DNA of 64,000 nucleotides. Origin: Pseudomonadota bacterium. GTDB taxonomy: Bacteria; Pseudomonadota; Gammaproteobacteria; Pseudomonadales; Moraxellaceae. Where the stretch lies: NCBI GenBank assembly GCA_021833365.1, contig JAKBFV010000001.1:2750-66749 (forward strand). Reading direction: 5' to 3'. The first letter of the stretch is position 1; each line of letters starts with the position of its first letter. A program made the translations under genes and the position numbers. The notes beneath the pieces are model-generated. The model had not been told where the DNA came from. It saw only the letters and a list, made by a program, of their open reading frames with translations, and made no database searches. Of the stretch, positions 15,821-23,425 are shown piece after piece.

Positions 15821-18559
15821 ATGTCGATCCGGCGCTTCTCCTCCCGGACCCATCGGCTCGACGCGAGCTTCCTGTTGCAGCATCTGCAGGGGGCTCGCAG
15901 CTATAAGCGTATCGCTGGCTACTTCACAAGCTCGCTGTTTGAGGTCGCCAACGAACTGCTGGAGACCATTCCTGAGGTCAAGATTGTCTGCAACGTGGAC
16001 ATCCACCCCGACGATCTGAAGGTGGCGCAGCTACGCGAAGCCAAGATGATGGGGCGTTGGAACGAGAAGGCTATCGAAGCAGAGGCCTTGCTCAATCGAG
16101 ATCGCTACCGTCGCTTAGACACCTTCTTGCAGAAGCATGGTCAGGCCGTGCGCGTGGCTCCAGACAACATCTGCGGTTTCGTGCATGGCAAGGCGGGAGT
16201 CATCGAGCTGGCTGACGGCCGCAAGTTGGGCTTCATCGGCTCGATGAATGAGACCCGCAGCGGCTGGCAGCGGCACTACGAGATATTGTGGGAAGACGAG
16301 TCCCCCGAAGGGGTCGCCTGGATTGAGGAAGAGTTCGAGTTTTTGTGGAATGCGGCTCGACCGCTTCCGCAGGTGGTCATCCGGGAGGTCCATCGGCGTG
16401 GCTACCGCCGCGAGGTGTTCTTCGACGAGATCGACGAAGATGAGAATCTCGCACCAGCGGCCTTAATCGAATCGCCTCTTTACCGCGAGGGATTGTCTCT
16501 ACAGCCTTGGCAGCAGGGGTTTATCACCGAGTGCCTGCGCCACCACCAACAGCACAAAGTAGTGAGGCTGCTGCTGGCCGATGAGGTGGGGCTCGGAAAG
16601 ACGCTGTCCCTCGGTACCGCAGCGCTGACACTTTGTTTGCTGGCGGATCGAGAAAACCAGGCGCGCAAGCCAGTGGTGATCTTTGCTCCGGCCACCCTGT
16701 GCGAACAATGGCAGACAGAGATGATCGATAAGCTGGCGATCCCCTGTGCGCGCTGGGATACCTTGCGAAAGGTTTGGCTGGACACCGACGAGCGCGTCAT
16801 CTCACCTGCTGGTCGCGAACAGATTGCCAAGTGCCCCTTGCGGATTGGCATCGTCTCCACAGGCTTGATGATGCGCGACTCGCTGGAAAAACAGCACCTC
16901 CTGGGCTTGCGATTCGGTTTGGTCATCCTTGATGAAGCCCATAAGGCGCGCAGTCGCCAAGGTTTCGGAAAGGATGCAGGTTCCCCGAATGAGCTACTCG
17001 CGTTCATGCGTGAGATTGCCGCTCGCTCAGATCACGTTCTTCTGGGTACAGCTACGCCGATTCAGACCCAGCCCGAGGATTTATGGGACTTGATGGGCAT
17101 TCTCCACCAAGGCAAAGGCAACTTCGTTCTTGGCAACGACTTTGCGCTGTGGCATCGACCTCGAGAGGTCCTGCCAATCCTTTCCGGCGAGCAAGAGGTC
17201 ACAGATACCTCATTTGCCTGGCAGCTGCTGCGGTCCCCTTTACCCCTGGTTGACTCCACCCAAGAGCCGCGCGCAAGAAAGCTGTTCAGCGCCATTCGAC
17301 AGGACTTAGGGCTCGTTAATGGGGAATGGCAAACCACCAAGACAGCTACAGATTTGACGGAGGATACCCGGGAGATCCTGGAAGATGAGTTGGCGCGCCG
17401 AATTTCGGGTGCAACCTTATTCCAGCGAGAGAATCCATTGGTGCGTCACATAGTGCTGCGCAAACGCGTAAGTCTTGAAGATGCTGGACTGTTGACCAAG
17501 GTCGGTGTCGACGTTCATCCAGATCGCCAGCTTGTCGGCGACCCACGTTGGTTCGATGCGCTATTTGAGGCCAAGGCACTGCGAACCAATGAGAATTTCC
17601 GTGAAGCCTATCGAGAGGCGCGCCTGTTTGGTAAGGCGCTCGGCAAGCGCGGCAAAGGCGGCGGATTCATGAAAAACCTGATGGAGCAACGCATTTGCTC
17701 CAGCATTCAGGCAGGGCTAAGTACCGCCAGGATGCTACTCGAAGGCCGAACGATCCACCAAGAGGAAGATGAGCAGGAGGCTGATCTGAAGGTTGAAAGC
17801 GGCGAAGAACGCGAGGTCCTGCTCCGCCTAATCAGTCGGCTAGAGCACATTCAGGAAGACCCAAAACTTAACGCCGTTATCCACTACCTGGAAAGAGAAA
17901 AGTGGCGAGAGCTCGGGGTCATTATCTTCAGCCAGTACTACGACACGGCCAAGTGGGTCGCCGACGAGTTGGCCGCGCGGTACCCGGATGAGGCAATTGG
18001 CCTGTACGCTGGCGCAGGGCGCAGTCGCTTGTATCAACGTGGCGATAGCGTGACGTGCGAGCGGGAAACGCTCAAAAAAATGGTGGCAGAACATGAGATC
18101 CGCATCATGGTGGCAACCGATGCGGCGTGCGAGGGACTGAACCTGCAAACGCTCGGCACCTTAATTAATATCGATTTGCCGTGGAATCCGACGCGTCTCG
18201 AACAGAGGATCGGACGCATCAAACGCTTCGGTCAAAAACGTGAAACCGTGGATATGCTCAATCTGGTGAATGAGCAAACCGTGGACGAGAAGATCTACGA
18301 GCGTCTGTCAGAGCGGATGCGAAATCGCTACGACTTATTTGGATCAGTGCCCGATACGATCAAGGACGAATGGATCGAGGACATCGAAACCCTCGGGGAA
18401 AAAATGGACGAGTTCATTAATGCCCAAAAAGAAGCCACCGGATTTGACTTGCGCTATACAGGCACGATGGAGCCACCCGAGAAAGACTGGCGGGATTGCT
18501 CAGCAGTGCTGTCACGTCGGGACTTCTCGGTGTTGATGACCACGGCTTGGACGGGATAA
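15821..18559 (+). CDS. PLD-like nuclease domain fused to SNF2-family helicase
   Basis: 912 aa. A single HKD-type motif sits at the N-terminus (VHGKAGVIELADGRKLGFIGSMNET). SNF2 motifs: LLLADEVGLGKT (I), VILDEAH (II), LLGTATPIQ (III), ATDAACEGLNLQ (V), WNPTRLEQRIGRIKRFGQ (VI). Confidence 0.85.
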   Translation: MSIRRFSSRTHRLDASFLLQHLQGARSYKRIAGYFTSSLFEVANELLETIPEVKIVCNVDIHPDDLKVAQLREAKMMGRWNEKAIEAEALLNRDRYRRLDTFLQKHGQAVRVAPDNICGFVHGKAGVIELADGRKLGFIGSMNETRSGWQRHYEILWEDESPEGVAWIEEEFEFLWNAARPLPQVVIREVHRRGYRREVFFDEIDEDENLAPAALIESPLYREGLSLQPWQQGFITECLRHHQQHKVVRLLLADEVGLGKTLSLGTAALTLCLLADRENQARKPVVIFAPATLCEQWQTEMIDKLAIPCARWDTLRKVWLDTDERVISPAGREQIAKCPLRIGIVSTGLMMRDSLEKQHLLGLRFGLVILDEAHKARSRQGFGKDAGSPNELLAFMREIAARSDHVLLGTATPIQTQPEDLWDLMGILHQGKGNFVLGNDFALWHRPREVLPILSGEQEVTDTSFAWQLLRSPLPLVDSTQEPRARKLFSAIRQDLGLVNGEWQTTKTATDLTEDTREILEDELARRISGATLFQRENPLVRHIVLRKRVSLEDAGLLTKVGVDVHPDRQLVGDPRWFDALFEAKALRTNENFREAYREARLFGKALGKRGKGGGFMKNLMEQRICSSIQAGLSTARMLLEGRTIHQEEDEQEADLKVESGEEREVLLRLISRLEHIQEDPKLNAVIHYLEREKWRELGVIIFSQYYDTAKWVADELAARYPDEAIGLYAGAGRSRLYQRGDSVTCERETLKKMVAEHEIRIMVATDAACEGLNLQTLGTLINIDLPWNPTRLEQRIGRIKRFGQKRETVDMLNLVNEQTVDEKIYERLSERMRNRYDLFGSVPDTIKDEWIEDIETLGEKMDEFINAQKEATGFDLRYTGTMEPPEKDWRDCSAVLSRRDFSVLMTTAWTG

Positions 18560-18561
18560 CG

Positions 18562-19863
18562 ATGTTGGACGAGTACTCGATAGAACAACGCGCGACGCAG
18601 ATCTTCGATGCGCGCACCAAGGAATACTTTTCCGAGGTATTGAGCTGCTACGCGGCAGGCAACTACCGGTCGGCTGTCGTGATGCTGTGGTCGGTGGTGG
18701 TTTGTGACCTTCTGTTTAAGCTCCAGCATCTCGTTGATCTCTACGGTGACGACAAGGCAAAGGCTATTCTGGCCGAGATAAGCAAACTGCAGGAGGCCAA
18801 CGAACGGTCTTCGGAATGGGAATCGAAGCTGGTGGAGTCTGTGGCGGAACAGACGCAGTTACTGGACATCGCCGAGCGAGAGAACTTGCTGCATCTGCAA
18901 CGCCAGCGGCACCTTGCGGCTCACCCGGTAGTCAACGCCAATTTCCAGTTGCATCGCCCGAACCGTGACACAGCCCGTGCCCTGATTCGCAACGCGCTCG
19001 ATGGGCTGCTCACGAAAGCGCCGATCTTATCCAAGCAGATCGTGGGTGATCTGGTCGAGGATCTTGAGCAGGCATCGGGAATCCTGATCGACGACAAGAA
19101 GCTGAAGGCGTACTTGGAAAGCAAGTATTTCTCGCGCTTCAATCCGGAGGTCGAGAAGGCCGTCTTCAAAGCCTTGTGGAAGTTTGTGTTCCGGTTGACC
19201 GACGAACGGTGCGAGAAGAACCGCACCATCAACTACAGCGCATTGACTCTGCTGTATGGCCGCAACCCGACGCAGTTCCAAACGCAAATCGAAGCCGACA
19301 GGGATTACTTCAGCACTATAGCCACGGGTGGCGCGCCCCTTGTGTGCCTGATTCACTTTCTATCGCGCTCGCCACGAATCTACGGGTTACTGGCGGATCA
19401 CGCCAAGACCGCGATCCTGCACACTGCAGAACAGGAAGCTTCCGCTCACTGCTTGGCGTGGTTCACTTCCAGTTCGCTCGAAGAACACGCCGCGCGGCTT
19501 GGTGATTGGATAGCGAGCGCGGACTATCCTCAAATTGATCAGGGAACATGGGACTCTTTACGGGAACTCTCTGATTCGCCGGAGTGGGCCAAAGCGGTGA
19601 TTCGATTGGCGAACAAGTATTACGTTGCTAGCGGGAGCTATAACGCCGCCGATCAGCGGTTTGCGGAGGTGATCCGGCCCGCTCTTGGGCGGTATGTCAT
19701 TGACGATTGCATCGATCTCATCGAGGGAATTCAGAGCAACAGCCAGACATGGGAGCGGGGGCGCGCACGTGGAGATCATCGACTGCTGCGTGCCCGAGCA
19801 ATGGAGCTCGACCCGTCGTTCGATCCAACACAGTACGCAGTTTTCAACCGACACCTCGACTAA
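18562..19863 (+). CDS. hypothetical protein with HEPN-like Rx4H motif
   Basis: 433 aa from ATG 18562, 2 nt after the helicase stop; the track ORF begins at 18496 inside the helicase gene. All-helical N-terminus (YFSEVLSCYAAGNYRSAVVMLWSVVVCDLLFKL) is followed by LHLQRQRHLAAHPV (R-x4-H). The remaining ~280 aa are unassigned. Confidence 0.55.
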   Translation: MLDEYSIEQRATQIFDARTKEYFSEVLSCYAAGNYRSAVVMLWSVVVCDLLFKLQHLVDLYGDDKAKAILAEISKLQEANERSSEWESKLVESVAEQTQLLDIAERENLLHLQRQRHLAAHPVVNANFQLHRPNRDTARALIRNALDGLLTKAPILSKQIVGDLVEDLEQASGILIDDKKLKAYLESKYFSRFNPEVEKAVFKALWKFVFRLTDERCEKNRTINYSALTLLYGRNPTQFQTQIEADRDYFSTIATGGAPLVCLIHFLSRSPRIYGLLADHAKTAILHTAEQEASAHCLAWFTSSSLEEHAARLGDWIASADYPQIDQGTWDSLRELSDSPEWAKAVIRLANKYYVASGSYNAADQRFAEVIRPALGRYVIDDCIDLIEGIQSNSQTWERGRARGDHRLLRARAMELDPSFDPTQYAVFNRHLD

Positions 19864-19911
19864 TGTTGCTGCCAGAGTCGAATGTGAAGTTTCGGCACCA
19901 TTGATTTCTAA

Positions 19912-20445
19912 TCACGGTTTTGTCGAAAGGGTTTTCCCCTCTGCCGGCATCCGCAGAAGCCATTGTTGCAACGCTCTCAGTTGCTCGGCGTTTTCGTGGC
20001 AGGTCTGGTAGTTGGCGACAACGGTTCCGGCGACGGCAGAGAGCGCAATGCCTTCGGCGGCCGCATCAGCATCTCTGGCGGGCTCGGGCAGCTCACCGGT
20101 GGCGGCAGCGTCGTGCAGGCGCACAAAGCCCCGGTTGATAGTGCAAGCAGCATCGGCTTGAACGGGCACATAGACGGGAATTTCCTTGATGATGGTGTCG
20201 CCCTTCTCGCGGACGACGCGGACGCGGTCGACGTACTGGGTGACGACCTCGACGGTGGCTTGCGCCTGCCGCTCGCGGGCGGCGGCGATCTGTAGGGCTT
20301 GTTGATGGATGGCGGCATCCCATCGCGCTTGAACGTGGCTCGCCCCCTTGATCCAGCCGAAGCCAACCAGGGCGACGCAGAGCGCCGTGAGTGCCAGCAG
20401 CCGGTACGGCCACGGAATCACGCTCACGACGCCTCCCCGATGCAC
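19912..20445 (-). CDS. phage i-spanin (Rz-like)
   Basis: 177 aa with a GTG start (uncertain). N-terminal TM (LLALTALCVALVGFGWI) and a coiled-coil periplasmic part. Lies directly downstream of the endolysin and overlaps it. Contains an embedded proline-rich lipoprotein ORF in another frame. Confidence 0.6.
   Translation of the reverse strand: MHRGGVVSVIPWPYRLLALTALCVALVGFGWIKGASHVQARWDAAIHQQALQIAAARERQAQATVEVVTQYVDRVRVVREKGDTIIKEIPVYVPVQADAACTINRGFVRLHDAAATGELPEPARDADAAAEGIALSAVAGTVVANYQTCHENAEQLRALQQWLLRMPAEGKTLSTKP
19977..20153 (-). CDS. phage o-spanin (Rz1-like) embedded in the Rz frame
   Basis: Part of track ORF 19977-20366. From M72 it reads MLLALSTGALCACTTLPPPVSCPSPPEMLMRPP..., a signal-like segment with a Cys lipobox candidate (LCAC) followed by a Pro-rich tail. 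It lies entirely inside the Rz gene, as in lambda Rz/Rz1. An alternative start is at 20171. Confidence 0.45.
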   Translation of the reverse strand: MLLALSTGALCACTTLPPPVSCPSPPEMLMRPPKALRSLPSPEPLSPTTRPATKTPSN

Positions 20446-20933
20446 TGCCGGTATTCAGCTTCTCGCCGTGTAGCGAGCCCACCGCACAGCCGCACGTTGG
20501 TGGGCAGCGCGCAGTCTTTGCCCTGGAAGAAGCGCCAGCGCAGCAGCTCGGCACAGGCCCCTGCGTAGTCCTGAACGTTGAGTTTTCTGACCAGCGTGGA
20601 CTGGCAGAACGCGCGGCTGCCGACGTTGTAAGAAAAGCTCACCAGCGCGTCGTACTCGTGCTGGGCCAGGGGCACGGTCACGCATTGCTTGAGCGCCCCC
20701 TCGAATTGCTGCACGTCGGTAAGTGCCCGAGCCAGCGCCTTTGGCGGCGTGGTGGTGTCGCCCAGCTTCACCCCGGTGGTGGTGCCGAAACCAATGGTCG
20801 GTACATCGCCCTTGACGGGGATCACTGCACGGTCGGTGTAGCCCTCGTGCAGCACGATGCCAACCAGGGCGGCAGCGGACAGCGTCAGTCCGGCCACCGT
20901 CCTGCGCATCGCTGGTGATGGTGGCCGGGTCAT
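20424..20933 (-). CDS. phage lysozyme (GH24), SAR-endolysin type
   Basis: 169 aa. N-terminal weakly hydrophobic Ala/Gly-rich helix (VAGLTLSAAALVGIVL). Catalytic region HEGYTDRAVIPVKGDVPTIGFGTT (E-D-T triad pattern of T4/P21-type lysozymes). YDALVSFSYNVG also present. ATGA overlap with the holin stop. Confidence 0.85.
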   Translation of the reverse strand: MTRPPSPAMRRTVAGLTLSAAALVGIVLHEGYTDRAVIPVKGDVPTIGFGTTTGVKLGDTTTPPKALARALTDVQQFEGALKQCVTVPLAQHEYDALVSFSYNVGSRAFCQSTLVRKLNVQDYAGACAELLRWRFFQGKDCALPTNVRLCGGLATRREAEYRQCIGEAS

Positions 20934-21157
20934 CGGTGCATCTCCGGCTGAGCCACGATGCGAGCTACGGTTGCGCCGATGCTGGCGGCAAAGGCCAGCA
21001 GCACGAACGCGCCGCGCGGTAGTACGTCCCCGAACAGCGGCACCACGACTTCCGCCGCCGTGAAGGCAGCGGCCAGCAGCGAGAAGCGGATGCTCCAGGC
21101 CCGTCGCAACACGCGCCGCCAGTCGTCCAGAAGGCAGATCTTCGGCTTGGCAGTCAT
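20930..21157 (-). CDS. putative holin / pinholin (2 TM)
   Basis: Only the last 75 codons of track ORF 20930-21646 look coding: MTAKPKICLLDDWRRVLRRAWSIRFSLLAAAFTAAEVVVPLFGDVLPRGAFVLLAFAASIGATVARIV.... Two hydrophobic helices. Lies immediately upstream of the SAR endolysin. Confidence 0.55.
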   Translation of the reverse strand: MTAKPKICLLDDWRRVLRRAWSIRFSLLAAAFTAAEVVVPLFGDVLPRGAFVLLAFAASIGATVARIVAQPEMHR

Positions 21158-21459
21158 TGCACGCCTCCCATCAGCTTCAACTTGATGGCAGCCCCCACCA
21201 GCAGCGCGGCCAGGATGCCGGTGGTCACGACCTTGACGGTGGTCTGCCACGCCGTTCGGCGGGCATCGCGCCACGCTTCCAGCAGATCGCGCAGTTCGCG
21301 GATGTCCTTCGCGGCACTGCCGTTCTCCAGCCCGAGATGGGCAAGGCAACGCTCGGCTCCGCGTTCGGCGGCACGGTCGAGCAGTTCGTCGAAGTCCTCG
21401 CGGCGCAAGAGAAGCATGTTCTCGACGTGCGCAGGCTGTTGTTGTTCGGGTTCGGTCAT
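21154..21459 (-). CDS. small tail-anchored phage protein (lysis-associated, unknown role)
   Basis: Last 101 codons of track ORF 21154-22044, from ATG 21459 with a GGAGAC RBS. Acidic helical N-terminus and a C-terminal TM (VVTTGILAALLVGAAIKL). ATGA-type overlap with the holin start. Confidence 0.5.
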   Translation of the reverse strand: MTEPEQQQPAHVENMLLLRREDFDELLDRAAERGAERCLAHLGLENGSAAKDIRELRDLLEAWRDARRTAWQTTVKVVTTGILAALLVGAAIKLKLMGGVQ

Positions 21460-21536
21460 TGCGGTCTCCAGAAATGCGAAACCCGCCCAGTGCGTGAACA
21501 TCTGGGCGGGTTTCGGGTGGGTACGATGATGGGAAA

Positions 21537-21887
21537 TCAGATGGCGATGCCAGCGCTCCAGCCGGTGGACTTGTAGGCCGAGAGCTTGGCCTCGTCCTCG
21601 ATGTAGCAAAGCCAGCCGATCTTGGGTGCGTGGTACTCCCAGGCATCGCCGATGCGTACGGCGATCTGGTTGGTTTTGCCTGCCCACACGCCCGTGGCGG
21701 CGGCAGGAATGAGGTAGCGGTCGCCGTTGGCGGGGCTGGCCGGTGGCGTGGTCAGGTCGCGGTCTTTCACGGACAGGCCGACCACAGCGCCGAGGCGCTT
21801 GAGGTTGGCGTCCATGCCGGTGTCCCAGCCGCTCTCGCCGAGCGTCCAGCCGTAGTTGAGTCCAAGGTTCGGATCGGTTGATGACAT
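21537..21887 (-). CDS. DUF2793-like phage tail/fibre-associated protein
   Basis: 116 aa. PASPANGDRYLIPAAATGVWAGKTNQIAVRIGDAWEYHAPKIGWLCYIEDE matches my memory of the DUF2793 signature found in phage/GTA structural modules. Confidence 0.55.
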   Translation of the reverse strand: MSSTDPNLGLNYGWTLGESGWDTGMDANLKRLGAVVGLSVKDRDLTTPPASPANGDRYLIPAAATGVWAGKTNQIAVRIGDAWEYHAPKIGWLCYIEDEAKLSAYKSTGWSAGIAI

Positions 21888-21890
21888 GGT

Positions 21891-22289
21891 TTATCTCCAG
21901 AGATTCGATGCGTGGCGAATACGCCGGACTGCTTCCGGGTCGCCGGTGCGATGACTTTGCTGCGGGTGCTGTCGCCAGTGACGCCCGACGATGGGCAGGT
22001 ACAGCACGCCGCCACGTTTGGCCACGAGCAGGGTCAACAGCCAATCGGCAAAGTTATTGAGGTCGGTGGTTTCCTTGAGCACGGCTTCCACGGCGGAGCG
22101 CCGCATCACGATCAGGCCGTGCACGTGGCTGGCGCTGTTGGCGTGTTGCCAACGGCTGTAGGCTAGACGCCGCACGGCGATGTCCTGGCCGCTTTCGTCG
22201 GTCAGTGCTTCGTCGGTGTAGGCCATCACAGCCTGCGGGCAGGCATCCAGCGCATCGGCCAGTTGTGTGAAGGCAACATGCGTCGCCAT
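21891..22289 (-). CDS. hypothetical protein, probably a 5'-truncated phage gene
   Basis: 132-aa high-GC ORF whose start coincides exactly with the GC-content break at about 22290. No family recognised. Confidence 0.35.
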   Translation of the reverse strand: MATHVAFTQLADALDACPQAVMAYTDEALTDESGQDIAVRRLAYSRWQHANSASHVHGLIVMRRSAVEAVLKETTDLNNFADWLLTLLVAKRGGVLYLPIVGRHWRQHPQQSHRTGDPEAVRRIRHASNLWR

Positions 22290-22653
22290 ACGCAGAAATC
22301 AGTGCGCCCGCAAGAGAAACTTCTGGATTATCTGTCACTGTGCCAACTGTGTTGACTAAGCTTCCTAGATTGCTCAATACATTGGCAAAGTTTGCAAGAT
22401 CTTGTGTGGCGCCACTGCCTGATTCAAGCGTATAAAGACTCTGCATCAATGTTACAGACTCTGTTTGAATCAATGTGCCATTGAGAAATGGATTATTGGT
22501 AAGGCCGGCCACATCCTGAGCAACAGATATGGCATCTGTTGTTATAGGTTTGTTTTGACTATAATCTCCGTAAAGTGTAACGAAGTCATTTATTGCGTTA
22601 ATGTAATTTAAATTGTTCGCCAGCTTTTCGGGATTTGCCGGAGCATAACCCAT
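22290..22653 (-). pseudogene. AT-rich gene, N-terminal ~120 codons only (3' end replaced)
   Basis: Track ORF 22054-22653 starts as an Asn/Thr-rich AT-rich sequence (MGYAPANPEKLANNLNYINAINDF...). At about nt 22290 it reads out of frame into the high-GC neighbour (..ACCLHTTGRCAGCLPAGCDG..), so the ORF is chimeric. Confidence 0.4.
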
Positions 22654-22664
22654 TGCTACTTCTC

Positions 22665-23246
22665 CTACATTCGATTAACTGCAATAATAGAAAATATGCA
22701 TGCCATCAGAAAGACCATGGCTATTGAGTAGATCTGTGATATGGCATACACGTAACCGGCAGTCTTTCTTGTTATTCCAATATCGCCAATCATTGTTGGG
22801 TAAAAGTATGGCTCTAAAGGTTTTAACCTCCAGCTTCTGCCGATCACATGACCTTTCATGTATTCGTTATATTTTTCTTCTGTATAGAAAATTTCTGCGG
22901 CTTGTAGCCCGGACACCCCAAAAATCGCCGTAAAGATAAAAATAAATTTAATGTGTTGCGTCGTAAAATCATGCAATCCAATTACGATAGAGGAGTTGAC
23001 AAAGTGATGGAGTAAAAATGCAGAAACAACCCCAAAAACAAAGCTTATCCCAGCAACGTTTTGCAAGATCCGTCCGACAATTCTATGAACTATTCTCATG
23101 GTAACGTCCCGCAGAAGATAATTATGGCGCAGCCGTGTCGTTACTACCTTGTATGCCGATATAAGTGATGCTGCCATATGTCCGGGCATATGATGAATGT
23201 TATGCTTCAGCTTCCTGAAGGATTTCGCTGACCTATACCCGATCAA
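22665..23246 (-). CDS. hypothetical polytopic membrane protein (AT-rich insert)
   Basis: 193 aa with at least three hydrophobic helices (ISFVFGVVSAFLLHHF, FIFIFTAIFGVSGLQAA, IYSIAMVFLMACIFSIIAV). The start is uncertain. The ORF abuts the recombinase fragment at about 23250 and may itself be 5'-truncated. Confidence 0.45.
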   Translation of the reverse strand: MIGYRSAKSFRKLKHNIHHMPGHMAASLISAYKVVTTRLRHNYLLRDVTMRIVHRIVGRILQNVAGISFVFGVVSAFLLHHFVNSSIVIGLHDFTTQHIKFIFIFTAIFGVSGLQAAEIFYTEEKYNEYMKGHVIGRSWRLKPLEPYFYPTMIGDIGITRKTAGYVYAISQIYSIAMVFLMACIFSIIAVNRM

Positions 23247-23254
23247 ATCGTCGG

Positions 23255-23425
23255 GATCAGTTGTTCCCCGCTGAGCAACAGCGGGTCGTCAAACTGCTGG
23301 TGGAAAAGGTAGTGGTCGCGCCTGACAACATCGAGGTGCGCCTGCGTGCCAACGGGCTGGAGAAGGTTATCCGGGAATTGCGTCCGAGTGGGCTCCAGGA
23401 AAAAGCAGCAGAGGAGACAGCATGA
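23255..23425 (+). pseudogene. serine recombinase, C-terminal fragment only
   Basis: Hand translation gives DQLFPAEQQRVVKLLVEKVVVAPDNIEVRLRANGLEKVIRELRPSGLQEKAAEETA*. This is the characteristic C-terminal tail of resolvase/invertase-related large recombinases. No catalytic domain lies upstream, where the AT-rich insert begins. The stop overlaps the next ATG. Confidence 0.55.

Noticed and set aside
8901-19863. Classifying the operon as BREX (because of the BrxC-like DUF499 ATPase and a nearby BrxR-like WYL gene) or as DISARM (because of PLD and SNF2)
   Set aside because: No PglZ, BrxA, BrxB, BrxL, DrmA or DrmB/DUF1998 gene is present. The methyltransferase is DUF1156-type rather than PglX-type. 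The WYL gene is 4 kb away, on the opposite strand, and separated by an IS and truncated genes.
20930-22044. Long versions of track ORFs 20930-21646 (238 aa) and 21154-22044 (296 aa)
   Set aside because: Their upstream two-thirds are Arg/Pro/Ser-rich read-through that overlaps better-supported genes. Only the 3' 75 and 101 codons, each with its own ATG, look like real membrane proteins.
22054-22289. C-terminal part of track ORF 22054-22653
   Set aside because: This segment is an out-of-frame read-through into the high-GC gene 21891-22289, across an abrupt compositional junction. It is not a genuine C-terminus.
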